A DNA stretch of 64,000 nucleotides from an uncultured Candidatus Saccharibacteria bacterium. Lineage in GTDB: Bacteria > Patescibacteriota > Minisyncoccia > Phycocordibacterales > UBA5272. The notes under the pieces were generated by a model, which had not been told where the DNA came from, did not search any database, and was given only the letters and a program-made list of their open reading frames with translations. The stretch's first letter is position 1. Each line of letters opens with the position of its first letter. Shown here one piece after another: positions 27,659-38,067 of the stretch. Location: assembly GCA_964621595.1 (NCBI GenBank), contig CAZUPO010000002.1:12047-76046 (forward strand), given 5' to 3'. A program made the position numbers and the translations under genes.

Positions 27659-30157
27659 ATGAGAAGGGTTTTGATTCCTCTTTTTTCTCTTGCTATTATA
27701 TGGTCGCTTTTTATTCCTGCCACGGTTCATGGAGCAGTTACTGACGCAGAAATAAAAGCTCTGCGAGATGAGGCGAGAACATACTCAAGCTATAACGGCT
27801 TTGACAATGGTGGGGTGTTTTTGATTAATTATCAAGAGATTGTAGCAAGCACTGCTGCGCGACTAAAAAATGACCCGGACGTCAACAAAGAACAATTAAA
27901 AAAATATATACTCGAGGGAATTCCTGGCGCAACCGACCCAAACCAACAAGGTTTTATTCCCTATTTGCAAAAAAAACTATCCGACTGTTCGGACAGGGGA
28001 TACCTTTCTGCTGCCCTAAATACAGTTTTTGGAAATTCAACAGCACAGTGTATCAAACTTACCGAGGCCGCAATCGCAAATGCAGAAATACAGTTGAAGG
28101 GGGCGACTGTTCGAGATGAAAAAAATGGTGGGGTCATTACTCAGGCAGAAGCCTCGACGCAAATTCAAAATGCGGGAGCGGAAGGAAGTCGGAAGGTTGC
28201 GGCGGCTATAGCGCGATTTGAAAACGCAAAATGTCAAAGTCTCTGGGATGCAACTTTTATTGATTGTATCGATGTTGCGGTGGCGTGGATTATTAAACAC
28301 TACTTCCTACAAATCGCTGGGTTCGTACTCTGGCTCAGTGCGAACATGATGAATTACGCCATAAAGATAGCCATCCTCCAGTTTTCTCAATGGGCGCCAG
28401 CGGCGTTCTACGGTGTGTGGGTGGTGGTGCGTCAAGTTATATCGCTGTTTGTTGTGTTTGCGGGGTTGTGGCTTGGAATGATGTACATTCTGGACAGAAA
28501 ACAGGAGTTTGAGCGTTTCGTGCCATATCTCATCCTCTTTGCGCTATTTGTTAACTTTTCATACCCATTTGCCAGAACACTGATAGACGTCTCTAATGTT
28601 ATTTCTTTGAATATCTACACGAGTGTATTCGGTGCCGAGGCTCTGTCTAACGACGTAATGTCATCGAAGTCCCCCGGGTCCATCATTACCAACCGCCTCG
28701 GACTCGTAAATATTGTAGACCTGGCAACCGGTACAAAAGCAGCAGACAGTGGATTTCTTAACAGTCTCGACAGTGTTCCAGGCGCGCTTACTGCTGTTGT
28801 TTTCATTCTCTATTCCGCATACGTGTTTTTTATGGCTACGGCTATCCTCGTTACACGAACTGCTGTGCTTGTCTTTGTTATCATAGGGTCTCCACTTCTC
28901 TTTGTTGATAGTGTTGTGCCGGCACTAGGAGAACAAGCTAAAAAACTCAGAGGAATTTTTGTCGACCAACTCACTGTGGGACCAGTCTTTACTATTCTCT
29001 TGGCCATAACACTCAAGTTTTTGGATTCCTTGCGGCAAAGTGGTCCACTTAGTTCTATATCTACCGGGATAAACGCTGCATCAAACGCCACCGCGGGAAG
29101 GCAAGATACGGTACAAATATTCTTTGGACTTCTTCTTATGATTGTTGCCCTGCATCTCATGCTGAAAATAACGAAAAGTGTTGCTGGAAAGGCTGGTGCG
29201 ATGGCGACAGATTTTATGGGGAAGGTTGGGGGCATGGCAAGCGGCGTAGCAGTTGGTGCAGCAACTGGTGGAGTTGGGTTACTTGGTCGTGCAACTGTTG
29301 GTAGTCTTGCGGCGAAGGCGCGTGACAGCAAGTGGATGACAAACAACCAAGATTCTTTTCTTGGTAGGCGTGCGTACAATTTAAGTAATTCATTAGCGTC
29401 GAGTTCATTTGATGCTCGTAACTCATCCGTCGCCAAGGCTGGATTCAATAAACTTGGGCTTTCTAGAGGGATGGGCTCGGGGCAGAAGGGTGGTTATGAT
29501 GCTGATGTAACAAATAAAATGAATGACCGTCGTGCGCGGTTAGGTAGAATTCAAGTAACAAATGACGACGGAACTATAAATAAAGAAGGTGCTGCAGCAA
29601 AGCAGCGTTTCTATGAAAAAAATAAGGATCTTGGGGGCGGTAAGTTTGGTAAGGAAATGGTTGACAAGGATTGGGATGAGGCTATTGCTGCAAATAAAAA
29701 AATTGATGCTTATGTTTCAAAAACTGGAGAAAAAAAGGAGGCCTACTTTAACGCTCAAACTGACCCAATACTCAAGGAGCAGATGAAGGCTGTCCAGGTA
29801 AGCAAAGACCAGCTTGCGGCAAATCAGGCTCTTGCTCAATCTAATCAAGCGCTCGCGACAGAGATGCGGGAGACTCGCAATGCAAAATCAGGGGTTGGGG
29901 TTGCTGCGGCCGGGGCGGCAACTGCTACGGCGGCAACTCCTATACAGGTAAATGTTACTGATGGTAAAACAACAGGGCTATCTCTAGAAACTCCAACGGA
30001 GGCATCCTACAGAGTAAGAGGACTATCCCTTGAAACTGACAAAGAGGCTTCTGCTCGAGTGGCACTTGATAAAACAAAAAGTGGCACCGAAAACCGAGTG
30101 GATCATAACCTTGTAGATCATCAGAAGCATGTGGAGGAAGAGTTGTTTGCTTCTTAA
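27659..30157 (+). CDS. VirB6/TrbL-like polytopic membrane protein
   Basis: About 8 TM segments then Gly/Ala-rich stretch (GVAVGAATGGVG) and charged tail; upstream of PrgI/VirB4. Confidence 0.7.
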   Translation: MRRVLIPLFSLAIIWSLFIPATVHGAVTDAEIKALRDEARTYSSYNGFDNGGVFLINYQEIVASTAARLKNDPDVNKEQLKKYILEGIPGATDPNQQGFIPYLQKKLSDCSDRGYLSAALNTVFGNSTAQCIKLTEAAIANAEIQLKGATVRDEKNGGVITQAEASTQIQNAGAEGSRKVAAAIARFENAKCQSLWDATFIDCIDVAVAWIIKHYFLQIAGFVLWLSANMMNYAIKIAILQFSQWAPAAFYGVWVVVRQVISLFVVFAGLWLGMMYILDRKQEFERFVPYLILFALFVNFSYPFARTLIDVSNVISLNIYTSVFGAEALSNDVMSSKSPGSIITNRLGLVNIVDLATGTKAADSGFLNSLDSVPGALTAVVFILYSAYVFFMATAILVTRTAVLVFVIIGSPLLFVDSVVPALGEQAKKLRGIFVDQLTVGPVFTILLAITLKFLDSLRQSGPLSSISTGINAASNATAGRQDTVQIFFGLLLMIVALHLMLKITKSVAGKAGAMATDFMGKVGGMASGVAVGAATGGVGLLGRATVGSLAAKARDSKWMTNNQDSFLGRRAYNLSNSLASSSFDARNSSVAKAGFNKLGLSRGMGSGQKGGYDADVTNKMNDRRARLGRIQVTNDDGTINKEGAAAKQRFYEKNKDLGGGKFGKEMVDKDWDEAIAANKKIDAYVSKTGEKKEAYFNAQTDPILKEQMKAVQVSKDQLAANQALAQSNQALATEMRETRNAKSGVGVAAAGAATATAATPIQVNVTDGKTTGLSLETPTEASYRVRGLSLETDKEASARVALDKTKSGTENRVDHNLVDHQKHVEEELFAS

Positions 30158-30169
30158 GAACTATCATCT

Positions 30170-30919
30170 ATGAACCCTTCCTACATAATCTCTGATAAAA
30201 ATAAACTAAAGGAACTCTTCGAACAGTCCCACACTGATATTAAGGCCCTTATCAAAGGAGGTGAGGCAAAGCGTATTGTTGCAACACTCTCGGAAAAATA
30301 CAAAATTCCTGCCGCAAAAACAATTCCTCTCTCCAATATCATTGTCTATGTACTTATCGGTGCACTCGAGCCAGAAAACACCGTGCAAGCAATTATAGAT
30401 CTTGTTGAAGTAGATGAAAAAACTGCTAACCTGATTGCGACTGACCTAGATAAAGATATTTTTCAACGCGCGCGACAAATCATGCTTGGCAACACAGATG
30501 ATGTTGTAAAACTTGAGTTCAAGGGGGAAAAGACCCCTGATGAGTTGCGCAAGGAAATTATGGATACCACAAAACAAAAGAGTGGTATAACCACACCTCA
30601 GTCCTCCAGTGCTCAAACAAAGCCTTCAGTAACGCCAAGTGGGTCTCGTTCGGCCCTCATGGAACAACTGCAAATACTTGGGAATATTCCAAACGACCGA
30701 GAAATAGAGGACCGCCTTAAGACTATTCAAAAGCAAATAGCGGAGATAAAAAAGAAAGAAGATGATGACAAAACCCTTCACTCTCCAGTTGCTTTAAAAA
30801 GTTTTATGTTTGGAGAAAAGGGCAAGGAGCTCGTTGCTCCTAAAGCGCGAACCGCCACCTACAGCGTTGCTCCAACTCAATATAACGTCGACCCGTACCG
30901 AGAGGTAACCGAAGAGTAG
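30170..30919 (+). CDS. Conserved CPR-type hypothetical protein with C-terminal DPYRE
   Basis: ORF in cluster ending VDPYREVTEE. Confidence 0.7.
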   Translation: MNPSYIISDKNKLKELFEQSHTDIKALIKGGEAKRIVATLSEKYKIPAAKTIPLSNIIVYVLIGALEPENTVQAIIDLVEVDEKTANLIATDLDKDIFQRARQIMLGNTDDVVKLEFKGEKTPDELRKEIMDTTKQKSGITTPQSSSAQTKPSVTPSGSRSALMEQLQILGNIPNDREIEDRLKTIQKQIAEIKKKEDDDKTLHSPVALKSFMFGEKGKELVAPKARTATYSVAPTQYNVDPYREVTEE

Positions 30920-30982
30920 TCCGGTGCACGGTCTTTACACTGGAGTATATATTTCTCTGGTTCTCTTGATATACTACTACGT

Positions 30983-31420
30983 ATGCAATTCCGAGTGCCA
31001 CAATTTATAGATATAGAAGACAAGGTGATTGGACCTCTTACTTTCAAGCAGTTTGGATATATCATCGGGGCAGGGGGTCTTTCTTTTCTCATATGGACAT
31101 TTATCCCCATAAAAGCCATTGCTATCATTCTTATAGTTCCGGTTGCCGCCCTTTTCCTTGCTCTTGCGTTTGTGCGTTTTAATAACCGTCCTTTTGCCGA
31201 TCTTTTAGAAAGTGCTTTTGCATACTACACGGGACCAAAAATATTCACCTGGAAACAGCCCATCCCAAAAACAACCGGGAATGAAGCAAAAATAGATCAG
31301 ATTGTAGCAGACACAACAAAAGAGGTTATTATTTCCAAAACGAACAAAGATCGTCTGCACGATCTCGCACTTGGGCTGGATGTTCTTGATACTAACCCAC
31401 AGAAAGATAGGCCTCTATAG
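30983..31420 (+). CDS. PrgI-family (VirB3-like) membrane protein
   Basis: VPQFIDIEDKVIGPLTFKQF followed by two TMs and NNRPF. Confidence 0.88.
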   Translation: MQFRVPQFIDIEDKVIGPLTFKQFGYIIGAGGLSFLIWTFIPIKAIAIILIVPVAALFLALAFVRFNNRPFADLLESAFAYYTGPKIFTWKQPIPKTTGNEAKIDQIVADTTKEVIISKTNKDRLHDLALGLDVLDTNPQKDRPL

Positions 31421-31447
31421 AAATTTCTACGGTATACTCATAAATAT

Positions 31448-32086
31448 ATGGCAAAAGGAAAGGCAACACAAGAAATTGTCCCTATTGATCGTATTCGTGA
31501 CGGCATCATTCTTCTTGATGGAGGTGAGTTTCGTGCGGTTGTTATTACCAACTCACTCAATCTTTCTCTCAAAAGCGAAGATGAACAATCTGCAATACTG
31601 ATGCAATTTCAGTCGTTTCTTAACTCACTCGATTTTCCTGTTCAATTTTTTATAGAATCGAGGCGCCTTAACATTAAGCCTTATATAGATATGCTTCAAG
31701 CAAGGAGCAAGGAGGTGAAGGAGGATCTTCTAAAAATACAGATACACGAATACATAGGATTCATTACGAAGTTTACTGAAGAAACAAACATCATGACCAA
31801 ACACTTCTTCATCGTAGTGCCATACTACCATCCCGGTGAAGATGCGGTGACTGCTTCTTCTCTTTTATCAATCGGTGCGACAGACTTCACATCAAAGAAG
31901 TCTCAGGCTGCCTTTGATGCGGCGCGTATCCAAATAGAGCAGCGTATCTCGACCGTGCTCCAGGGGTTGGCGCGCTTTGGAATACGTGGGCAAAAACTTG
32001 GCACAGAAGAAGTGGTAGAATTATTCTACAAGCTCTTTAATCCTAGCGAGCAGAATCGTGATGCACCTAAGGTGGAAGAAAAATAA
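31448..32086 (+). CDS. VirB4/TraE N-terminal-like accessory protein
   Basis: IRDGII, NLSLKSEDEQ, FLNSLDFPVQ, ELFYKLFNP; between PrgI and VirB4. Confidence 0.75.
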   Translation: MAKGKATQEIVPIDRIRDGIILLDGGEFRAVVITNSLNLSLKSEDEQSAILMQFQSFLNSLDFPVQFFIESRRLNIKPYIDMLQARSKEVKEDLLKIQIHEYIGFITKFTEETNIMTKHFFIVVPYYHPGEDAVTASSLLSIGATDFTSKKSQAAFDAARIQIEQRISTVLQGLARFGIRGQKLGTEEVVELFYKLFNPSEQNRDAPKVEEK

Positions 32087-32088
32087 GT

Positions 32089-33906
32089 ATGGGAATATTC
32101 GATTTTTTAAATTCAAAAAAGAAAACAAGTCCGGTGTCTGCCGTTCTTCCAGAACAGGTATATAAGATCGCGGAGATGCAGTTGAAGGATGTTATTGCGC
32201 CGAGTGCTCTTGGTGTGACTCCAAAAGATATTAATCTTGGCGAGGTAATGCTTCGATCGTTCTTTGTTATATCATACCCGCGCTTCCTCAACGATAATTG
32301 GTTGAGTCCGATTATCAACCTCGACAAGGTGTTCGACGTAGCAATCCATATATCACCCCTTAGCACAGGGGAGGTGATGAAAACATTCCAGCGAAAAGTT
32401 GCTGAAGTGGAGAGTCAGATTATGACAAGAGAAGAGAAGGGGCTTGTCCGCGACCCGACACTTGATGTTGCATACCAAGATCTAGAAGACTTGCGAGATG
32501 GCCTTACTCAAGCCCAAGAAAAGATGTTTGAGGTGTCGCTCTATATTTCTATTTATGGTCACAACGAGGACGAGATTGTCAAAGCAGAAAATGAAATAAA
32601 AAATATTCTTGAGAGTAGACTTATCTACGTAAAGCCAGCCCTTTTCCAACAGGATACAGGGTTTCTCTCTACCATCCCACTCGCTCGAGATCTTTTGAAT
32701 ATCAAGAACAAACTAAATACATCACCTCTTTCTTCCTTCTTCCCATTTGTTTCTTTTGATCTCTCCTCTGATAAGGGTATTTTGTATGGACTTAACCGCC
32801 ACAATGGAAGTCTCATTCTTTTTGATCGTTTTTCACTTGAAAACTACAACTCTATAGTATTTGCAAAATCTGGTTCTGGAAAAAGTTATCTCACAAAACT
32901 AGAAATTCTTCGAACCCTCATGTTTGATACCGAAGTTATTATTATCGACCCAGAACGTGAGTATGAATTTTTGGCAGAGTCTGTCGGCGGAAGATACTTT
33001 GATATCGCCCTAACCAGTGATCACCATATCAATCCATTTGATTTGCCTCATCCGGCTGTTGATGAATCTCCTTCTGAGGTGTTACGTTCCAACATCGTTA
33101 ACCTGGTTGGACTCTTCCGTGTTATGTTGGGAGGGCTCACACCAGAAGAAGACGCCATTATCGATCAAGCCATCACAGAAACATATGCTTTGAAAGACAT
33201 TACCGGTGATGCTGATTTTACAAAACTTGAACCACCTCTTCTCTCGGACTTCGAGATGGTGCTCGCTGGAATTGAAGGGTCTGAAGATTTAATTCAACGT
33301 CTTTCAAAATATACAAAAGGGACTTGGTCTGGATTTATTAACAAGCCATCAAACGTAGATATTAATAAAAAGCTGGTCTGTTTCTCTATCCGCGATATGG
33401 AGGATGAGTTGAAACCTGTTGCGATGTACATCGTGACTCACTTCATATGGAATGCTGTTCGCAAAGATTTGCGCAAGCGATTGCTTATCGTAGATGAGGC
33501 GTGGATTATGATGAAAAACGATGACACGGCCTCGTTCCTCTTTGGTCTGGCAAAGCGGGGGCGTAAATATTATCTTGGACTCGCAACCATCACCCAAGAT
33601 GTTGGTGACTTCTTAAAATCACCCTATGGTTTACCCATCATTGCAAACTCTTCTATACAGGTACTTCTCAAACAATCTCCCTCTTCTATCGATATAGTAC
33701 AAAAAACATTTAATTTGACCGATGAAGAAAAGTATCTTCTCCTTGAATCTGGCGTAGGGGAGGGAATCTTTTTTGCAGGTCTTAAACATGTGGCCCTCAA
33801 GGTTGTTGCTTCATATACTGAAGATCAGATTATCACGAGTGACCCATCACAACTTATAAAAATAAAGCAAATGAAAGATGAACTAGGTCAAGCAAAGCAA
33901 CTATGA
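32089..33906 (+). CDS. VirB4-like secretion ATPase
   Basis: Walker A AKSGSGKS, IIDPEREY, INPFD, Walker B LIVDEAW, KRGRKY, ITQDV. Confidence 0.92.
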   Translation: MGIFDFLNSKKKTSPVSAVLPEQVYKIAEMQLKDVIAPSALGVTPKDINLGEVMLRSFFVISYPRFLNDNWLSPIINLDKVFDVAIHISPLSTGEVMKTFQRKVAEVESQIMTREEKGLVRDPTLDVAYQDLEDLRDGLTQAQEKMFEVSLYISIYGHNEDEIVKAENEIKNILESRLIYVKPALFQQDTGFLSTIPLARDLLNIKNKLNTSPLSSFFPFVSFDLSSDKGILYGLNRHNGSLILFDRFSLENYNSIVFAKSGSGKSYLTKLEILRTLMFDTEVIIIDPEREYEFLAESVGGRYFDIALTSDHHINPFDLPHPAVDESPSEVLRSNIVNLVGLFRVMLGGLTPEEDAIIDQAITETYALKDITGDADFTKLEPPLLSDFEMVLAGIEGSEDLIQRLSKYTKGTWSGFINKPSNVDINKKLVCFSIRDMEDELKPVAMYIVTHFIWNAVRKDLRKRLLIVDEAWIMMKNDDTASFLFGLAKRGRKYYLGLATITQDVGDFLKSPYGLPIIANSSIQVLLKQSPSSIDIVQKTFNLTDEEKYLLLESGVGEGIFFAGLKHVALKVVASYTEDQIITSDPSQLIKIKQMKDELGQAKQL

Positions 33907-34871
33907 AGCACATACTACTCTTGGCTTGTGTTTGGATTATGTTGGGGTGGGGAGTCTCCACCTTCGCGGCATATGATGGATTTATCGTAATTGATCCACC
34001 GAACCCAGAGCCAAATTCTTCAGTAACCCTAACCCTTCGAAGTTACTCCCTTGATGTTGATAATGCAATGGTTACATGGGTCTCTGGTGGGAAAGAACTT
34101 CTGAAAGGGTACGGAGAGAAGAAAATAACCGTTCGCACCCGGGGAGCGGGAGAAAACATCGTTGTTTCGGCCAAGGCTGAAACTGATGCGGGGGATTTTT
34201 TTATAACAAGTGTTACACTTGTCCCACAGTCGGTTGCAATCGTCTACGAAACACCAGAGAGTTACGTCCCTACATTTTATGAAGGAAGGTCGCTCCCTGG
34301 AGAGGGGTCAATTGTGAAATTTGTCGCAATGGGAAATATTTCCGAGAACGGCAGGGTTGTTCCTCCTTCCAGTCTTTCATACTCTTGGTTTGTAAACGGT
34401 GAGTTGCGCGAGCAGTCTTCTGGAAGAGGGAGGCAGTCTGCTCTTATCCCGCTAGATATTTTGAGTGACTCAACAGAAATAAAAGTCGTTGCGCGATCGT
34501 CCTCGGGCGTAACGGCTGAGAAAAAAATTGAAGTGTTTCCTCATCAAGTTCTCCCTCTTTTTTACACATATAGTGATATTTTTGGAACCGATTTTACAAA
34601 ATTGGTTTCGAGGCGTTTTGAGGCAACAAAACCATTCACCCTTGCGTTTGAACCTTTTTATTTTTCAAAAAATGGTATGTACGAGGACACGGCTGCTGTT
34701 GTGTGGACACTGGATGGACTTCCTGTTACTCCATATCGAGCAAAGAAACTATTATTTGAACCAAAGAAAAATAGTTACGGCTCAAAAACGTTAAAGATTT
34801 CGCTTCAGCAAGAGAAGCGCTACCTACAGGATACCGAAACTTCTTTGAATCTTATTTTTGATACCCGCTAA
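33903..34871 (+). CDS. Exported beta-rich (Ig-like) protein
   Basis: Signal peptide; repeated W-x-x-[NDG]-G strands; ATGA overlap with VirB4. Confidence 0.7.
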   Translation: MKHILLLACVWIMLGWGVSTFAAYDGFIVIDPPNPEPNSSVTLTLRSYSLDVDNAMVTWVSGGKELLKGYGEKKITVRTRGAGENIVVSAKAETDAGDFFITSVTLVPQSVAIVYETPESYVPTFYEGRSLPGEGSIVKFVAMGNISENGRVVPPSSLSYSWFVNGELREQSSGRGRQSALIPLDILSDSTEIKVVARSSSGVTAEKKIEVFPHQVLPLFYTYSDIFGTDFTKLVSRRFEATKPFTLAFEPFYFSKNGMYEDTAAVVWTLDGLPVTPYRAKKLLFEPKKNSYGSKTLKISLQQEKRYLQDTETSLNLIFDTR

Positions 34872-34876
34872 ATACC

Positions 34877-35707
34877 ATGAATCAGCCATCATATACGGAA
34901 CTTGAACCTAATTTTGCTGGACCGGTAACTACACTCAAGCCCCAGTTCTTTGGATCCTCTGTAACCTTTTTCGCCTCCTCCTCTTTTCTCTACACACTGC
35001 TATTCTCAGCGATTGTAGTATCTGCTGGAGGAATGATTATTTATGGAGCGATACTTAGGTTGGTTCCTTCTGCAAGTAGTGAGGCGAAGTCTAGGGAGAT
35101 TTTTTGGAGGGTTCTTAAGGGTGTGGTTGGAACATTTTCGTTTGCTCTTATATTTCTTACGTTTAATAGGGATTTACTCCGGGGGGATATTGATTTCGGA
35201 ATACTGCGAGCGGGGGTCGGGTCGGGAGGAATAACTACCTCACAAGATAATCCTGATAGACCTGTAGCACCCCCATCTCCAGGATCCAGAACGACCGCAC
35301 CACCGGAAGAGTGGTGGAAAGCTATTAATGAATCTCCGGAGGTTCGAAAGCGTTTGGGGGCCCGTGGAATAACATTCAACAATAATACCTGTAGAAACCC
35401 CGCGGAGACCGCTTGTACAACCGTGGGGGGCTTACCAGAAGACACCCTTGCCATGCTTGAACAATTAAAAGACTACTGCCCCGGCGAACTTATGGTAACA
35501 GGGGGAACGGAAGCGGGGCACAGTGCACATGGGCCCGGCAAAAGAGCTGTGGACCTATCTCGAAAAAGTGCTGCCTTTAATGCTTGTGTTGAAGGATTTG
35601 AGCCGACAAGAAATCCTGGCTTTTGTCACGCCGCATATAAAAAATTCGGCTATACTTTTTGTAATGAGGTGAGTTCTCAGCCCCATTGGCACGTGGATAT
35701 ACGTTAA
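34877..35707 (+). CDS. VirB2-like pilin module fused to a Zn peptidase of the M15/Hedgehog-DD-peptidase fold
   Basis: Two-TM hairpin; C-terminal VTGG..GHSAH......VDL and PHWHV motifs. Confidence 0.7.
   Translation: MNQPSYTELEPNFAGPVTTLKPQFFGSSVTFFASSSFLYTLLFSAIVVSAGGMIIYGAILRLVPSASSEAKSREIFWRVLKGVVGTFSFALIFLTFNRDLLRGDIDFGILRAGVGSGGITTSQDNPDRPVAPPSPGSRTTAPPEEWWKAINESPEVRKRLGARGITFNNNTCRNPAETACTTVGGLPEDTLAMLEQLKDYCPGELMVTGGTEAGHSAHGPGKRAVDLSRKSAAFNACVEGFEPTRNPGFCHAAYKKFGYTFCNEVSSQPHWHVDIR
34967..35196 (+). repeat. 230-bp direct repeat, copy 1 (pilin-like module)
   Basis: Identical by eye to 37168-37397, offset 2201 bp. Confidence 0.93.
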
Positions 35708-35742
35708 GACCTTACGCGTCTTACTTGCTATACTTTAGGAAC

Positions 35743-37077
35743 ATGAGTAGACGAATGCTTTTCTTTGTTGTTGGTGTTGCGATTTTTACACTCGGCGTGC
35801 TTGTTTGGTTTTTTACACAAACAACAACGTCTTCTTCGGGATCAATCATCAATAAAACAAATCCTCTTTCTCTGCGCGATTTTCCTAAGCGTTTTCAATT
35901 CATAGGCAATCCAGACACAGAGGAAGAGCAGGGTACCTCAACAACCGAGATAACACTTGCCACTCCCCAGATACTCACCAAAATTTGGGACAAACCCTCA
36001 TCTGGTCAGGCGTTTGTTGTGAAAGAGTATTTAAGAGAAGTTTCTTCAACATCAACCATTATAAAAGCAAGCACCTCAACGAAAGCAACCACAACTGAAC
36101 AAGTGGTTGTAAAGAAGACGCTGCGAGCGACCTCAACCATTCTTATGTTTGTTGATAGAGAAACCGGACATATTTATGGTTTTAGTTTTGATACAAATAA
36201 AGTATTTCAGATAAGTAACTCGACGTTCCCGGGCATTCATGATGCATATATAATTTTTGATGGCACAACGGTTGTGATGAGATATGAAGACGAGGAAAAG
36301 CGAGCAATTGTTGGTATTATGGCGACAATACCCTCCGTCGCCCAAGGTCAAGATCCTCGACCTTTAGAAAACATAACATACCTACCCTCACAGGTTATCT
36401 CTGTTGCCTCGAGTCCGGATAAAACACTTCTATCCTACGTGGTAGATAGCGGCACAGATGTTGCAGTATATACCATGTCAAAAACAGGGACTCAACTCAT
36501 TACCAAAACACCATTTAAGGAATGGTCTCTCGTGTACGGTGGCAACACACTGCATGCATACACAAAGCCATCAGCTTATGTTGAGGGATATATGGCAAAG
36601 TTGCCCACCTTTGAAATGGTTACGCCGGGAAGAACGGGTCTTATTAGTCTCCCTTCAAACTCTTCTTCCATGATTACCAGCATGTGGTCAAATAAAGGGC
36701 TTTTAACATACATAACTTCTTTGGGGAAAGATACGGTATTACCCATCAAAACACTTGCGTCAAAATGTGCTTGGGGAACGCAACAATTTATACTCTGCGC
36801 GGTTCCACGCTCACTACCGCGAGGTAGTGAGGGGCTGCCGGATGATTGGTATCAGGGTCGCGTGTCATTTGATGACACATTTATTCTCGTTGATTCCAAT
36901 ACGGGAGAAACCTCTCCTCTTTTCTCTTTTGATGGAATGAATGGTCTCCCATTTGATGTGACTAATATTATTCTTTCGGAAGATAGTTCTCTTGTTTCTT
37001 TTATACGAAAACAGGACGGTTCTTTATGGTTATTAAATACAAACCTCCTTTCTGGCGCAGGTGAAACAAACCCGTAA
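35743..37077 (+). CDS. Membrane-anchored beta-propeller-like protein
   Basis: N-terminal TM; SPDK and LPDDWYQG motifs; beta-rich; start at MSRRM. Confidence 0.7.
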   Translation: MSRRMLFFVVGVAIFTLGVLVWFFTQTTTSSSGSIINKTNPLSLRDFPKRFQFIGNPDTEEEQGTSTTEITLATPQILTKIWDKPSSGQAFVVKEYLREVSSTSTIIKASTSTKATTTEQVVVKKTLRATSTILMFVDRETGHIYGFSFDTNKVFQISNSTFPGIHDAYIIFDGTTVVMRYEDEEKRAIVGIMATIPSVAQGQDPRPLENITYLPSQVISVASSPDKTLLSYVVDSGTDVAVYTMSKTGTQLITKTPFKEWSLVYGGNTLHAYTKPSAYVEGYMAKLPTFEMVTPGRTGLISLPSNSSSMITSMWSNKGLLTYITSLGKDTVLPIKTLASKCAWGTQQFILCAVPRSLPRGSEGLPDDWYQGRVSFDDTFILVDSNTGETSPLFSFDGMNGLPFDVTNIILSEDSSLVSFIRKQDGSLWLLNTNLLSGAGETNP

Positions 37078-37080
37078 CTT

Positions 37081-38067
37081 ATGAACAACGCCGATTATCG
37101 CGCTCTTGAGCCTGGGGTTGTGGCTAATATAACAAGTTTAAAATATCCTGTTGGTGGGGTTAGTTCTTTTTTCGCCTCCTCCTCTTTTCTCTACACACTG
37201 CTATTCTCAGCGATTGTAGTATCTGCTGGAGGAATGATTATTTATGGAGCGATACTTAGGTTGGTTCCTTCTGCAAGTAGTGAGGCGAAGTCTAGGGAGA
37301 TTTTTTGGAGGGTTCTTAAGGGTGTGGTTGGAACATTTTCGTTTGCTCTTATATTTCTTACGTTTAATAGGGATTTACTCCGGGGGGATATTGATTTTAG
37401 TGTTCTTGGTGTTGGTGCTAAGAATATGATATCGAGTATAAGTGGCGCCCCTTCATCTTCAAATAGTACTTCCGCGTCATGTCCTTCAGCAGACTCATTA
37501 AAGCAAACCCTCTCTGGCGGGGGGGATGTCTGCGCTGGGGCGCGATGCTCTGCACTAAGTGGGTGTAGATTCAGAGACTATCTGTCTATAATAAAAAGTG
37601 AATCTGAAAAACAGGGGGTGGATTACAAACTGGCGATAGTAATCATGTGTAAAGAATCCACAGGAAAAAGAGACGCTACTAATGACAACAGGGACGGAAC
37701 ATATGATTGTGGTCTCATGCAGATAAATCAAAGGGGGCCTTGCACGCCAGATTCATTCATACCTGAAAAAAATATTGCTGAGGGTGTTCGTCTTATAAAA
37801 GAAAAAACTGGTCCTTCAACCTCAAGAAATTATCCTGGCGCACCACAACTTGGAAATCTTTTTGCGGCATACAACTGTTGTGCGAGGGGGGCAGCTCCAT
37901 ACGAAGCAAGTGTGGACTGTACAACTGGAAGCGGCTGGCCTTCGACACTTCCTAAATGGGCGTGTCCAATAAATCCGGGGTCCGGACCTTCAAACATGTG
38001 TACAGTACGAAGTTACGCCTGTGATTTAAACGCTTGCTATAAAGACAGTTCCTTAGAGGGGCTTTAA
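37081..38067 (+). CDS. VirB2-like pilin module fused to a Cys-rich lytic transglycosylase (SLT) domain
   Basis: Same two-TM module; catalytic KES, GLMQIN and AAYN motifs; many Cys. Confidence 0.85.
   Translation: MNNADYRALEPGVVANITSLKYPVGGVSSFFASSSFLYTLLFSAIVVSAGGMIIYGAILRLVPSASSEAKSREIFWRVLKGVVGTFSFALIFLTFNRDLLRGDIDFSVLGVGAKNMISSISGAPSSSNSTSASCPSADSLKQTLSGGGDVCAGARCSALSGCRFRDYLSIIKSESEKQGVDYKLAIVIMCKESTGKRDATNDNRDGTYDCGLMQINQRGPCTPDSFIPEKNIAEGVRLIKEKTGPSTSRNYPGAPQLGNLFAAYNCCARGAAPYEASVDCTTGSGWPSTLPKWACPINPGSGPSNMCTVRSYACDLNACYKDSSLEGL
37168..37397 (+). repeat. 230-bp direct repeat, copy 2
   Basis: Identical by eye to 34967-35196. Confidence 0.93.

Noticed and set aside
34967-37397. Diversity-generating retroelement TR/VR pair or IS ends
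   Set aside because: Copies are identical with no adenine-specific mismatches; no reverse transcriptase or transposase nearby
24756-38067. Integrative conjugative element
   Set aside because: No relaxase, integrase or bounding repeats in the window; composition matches the host
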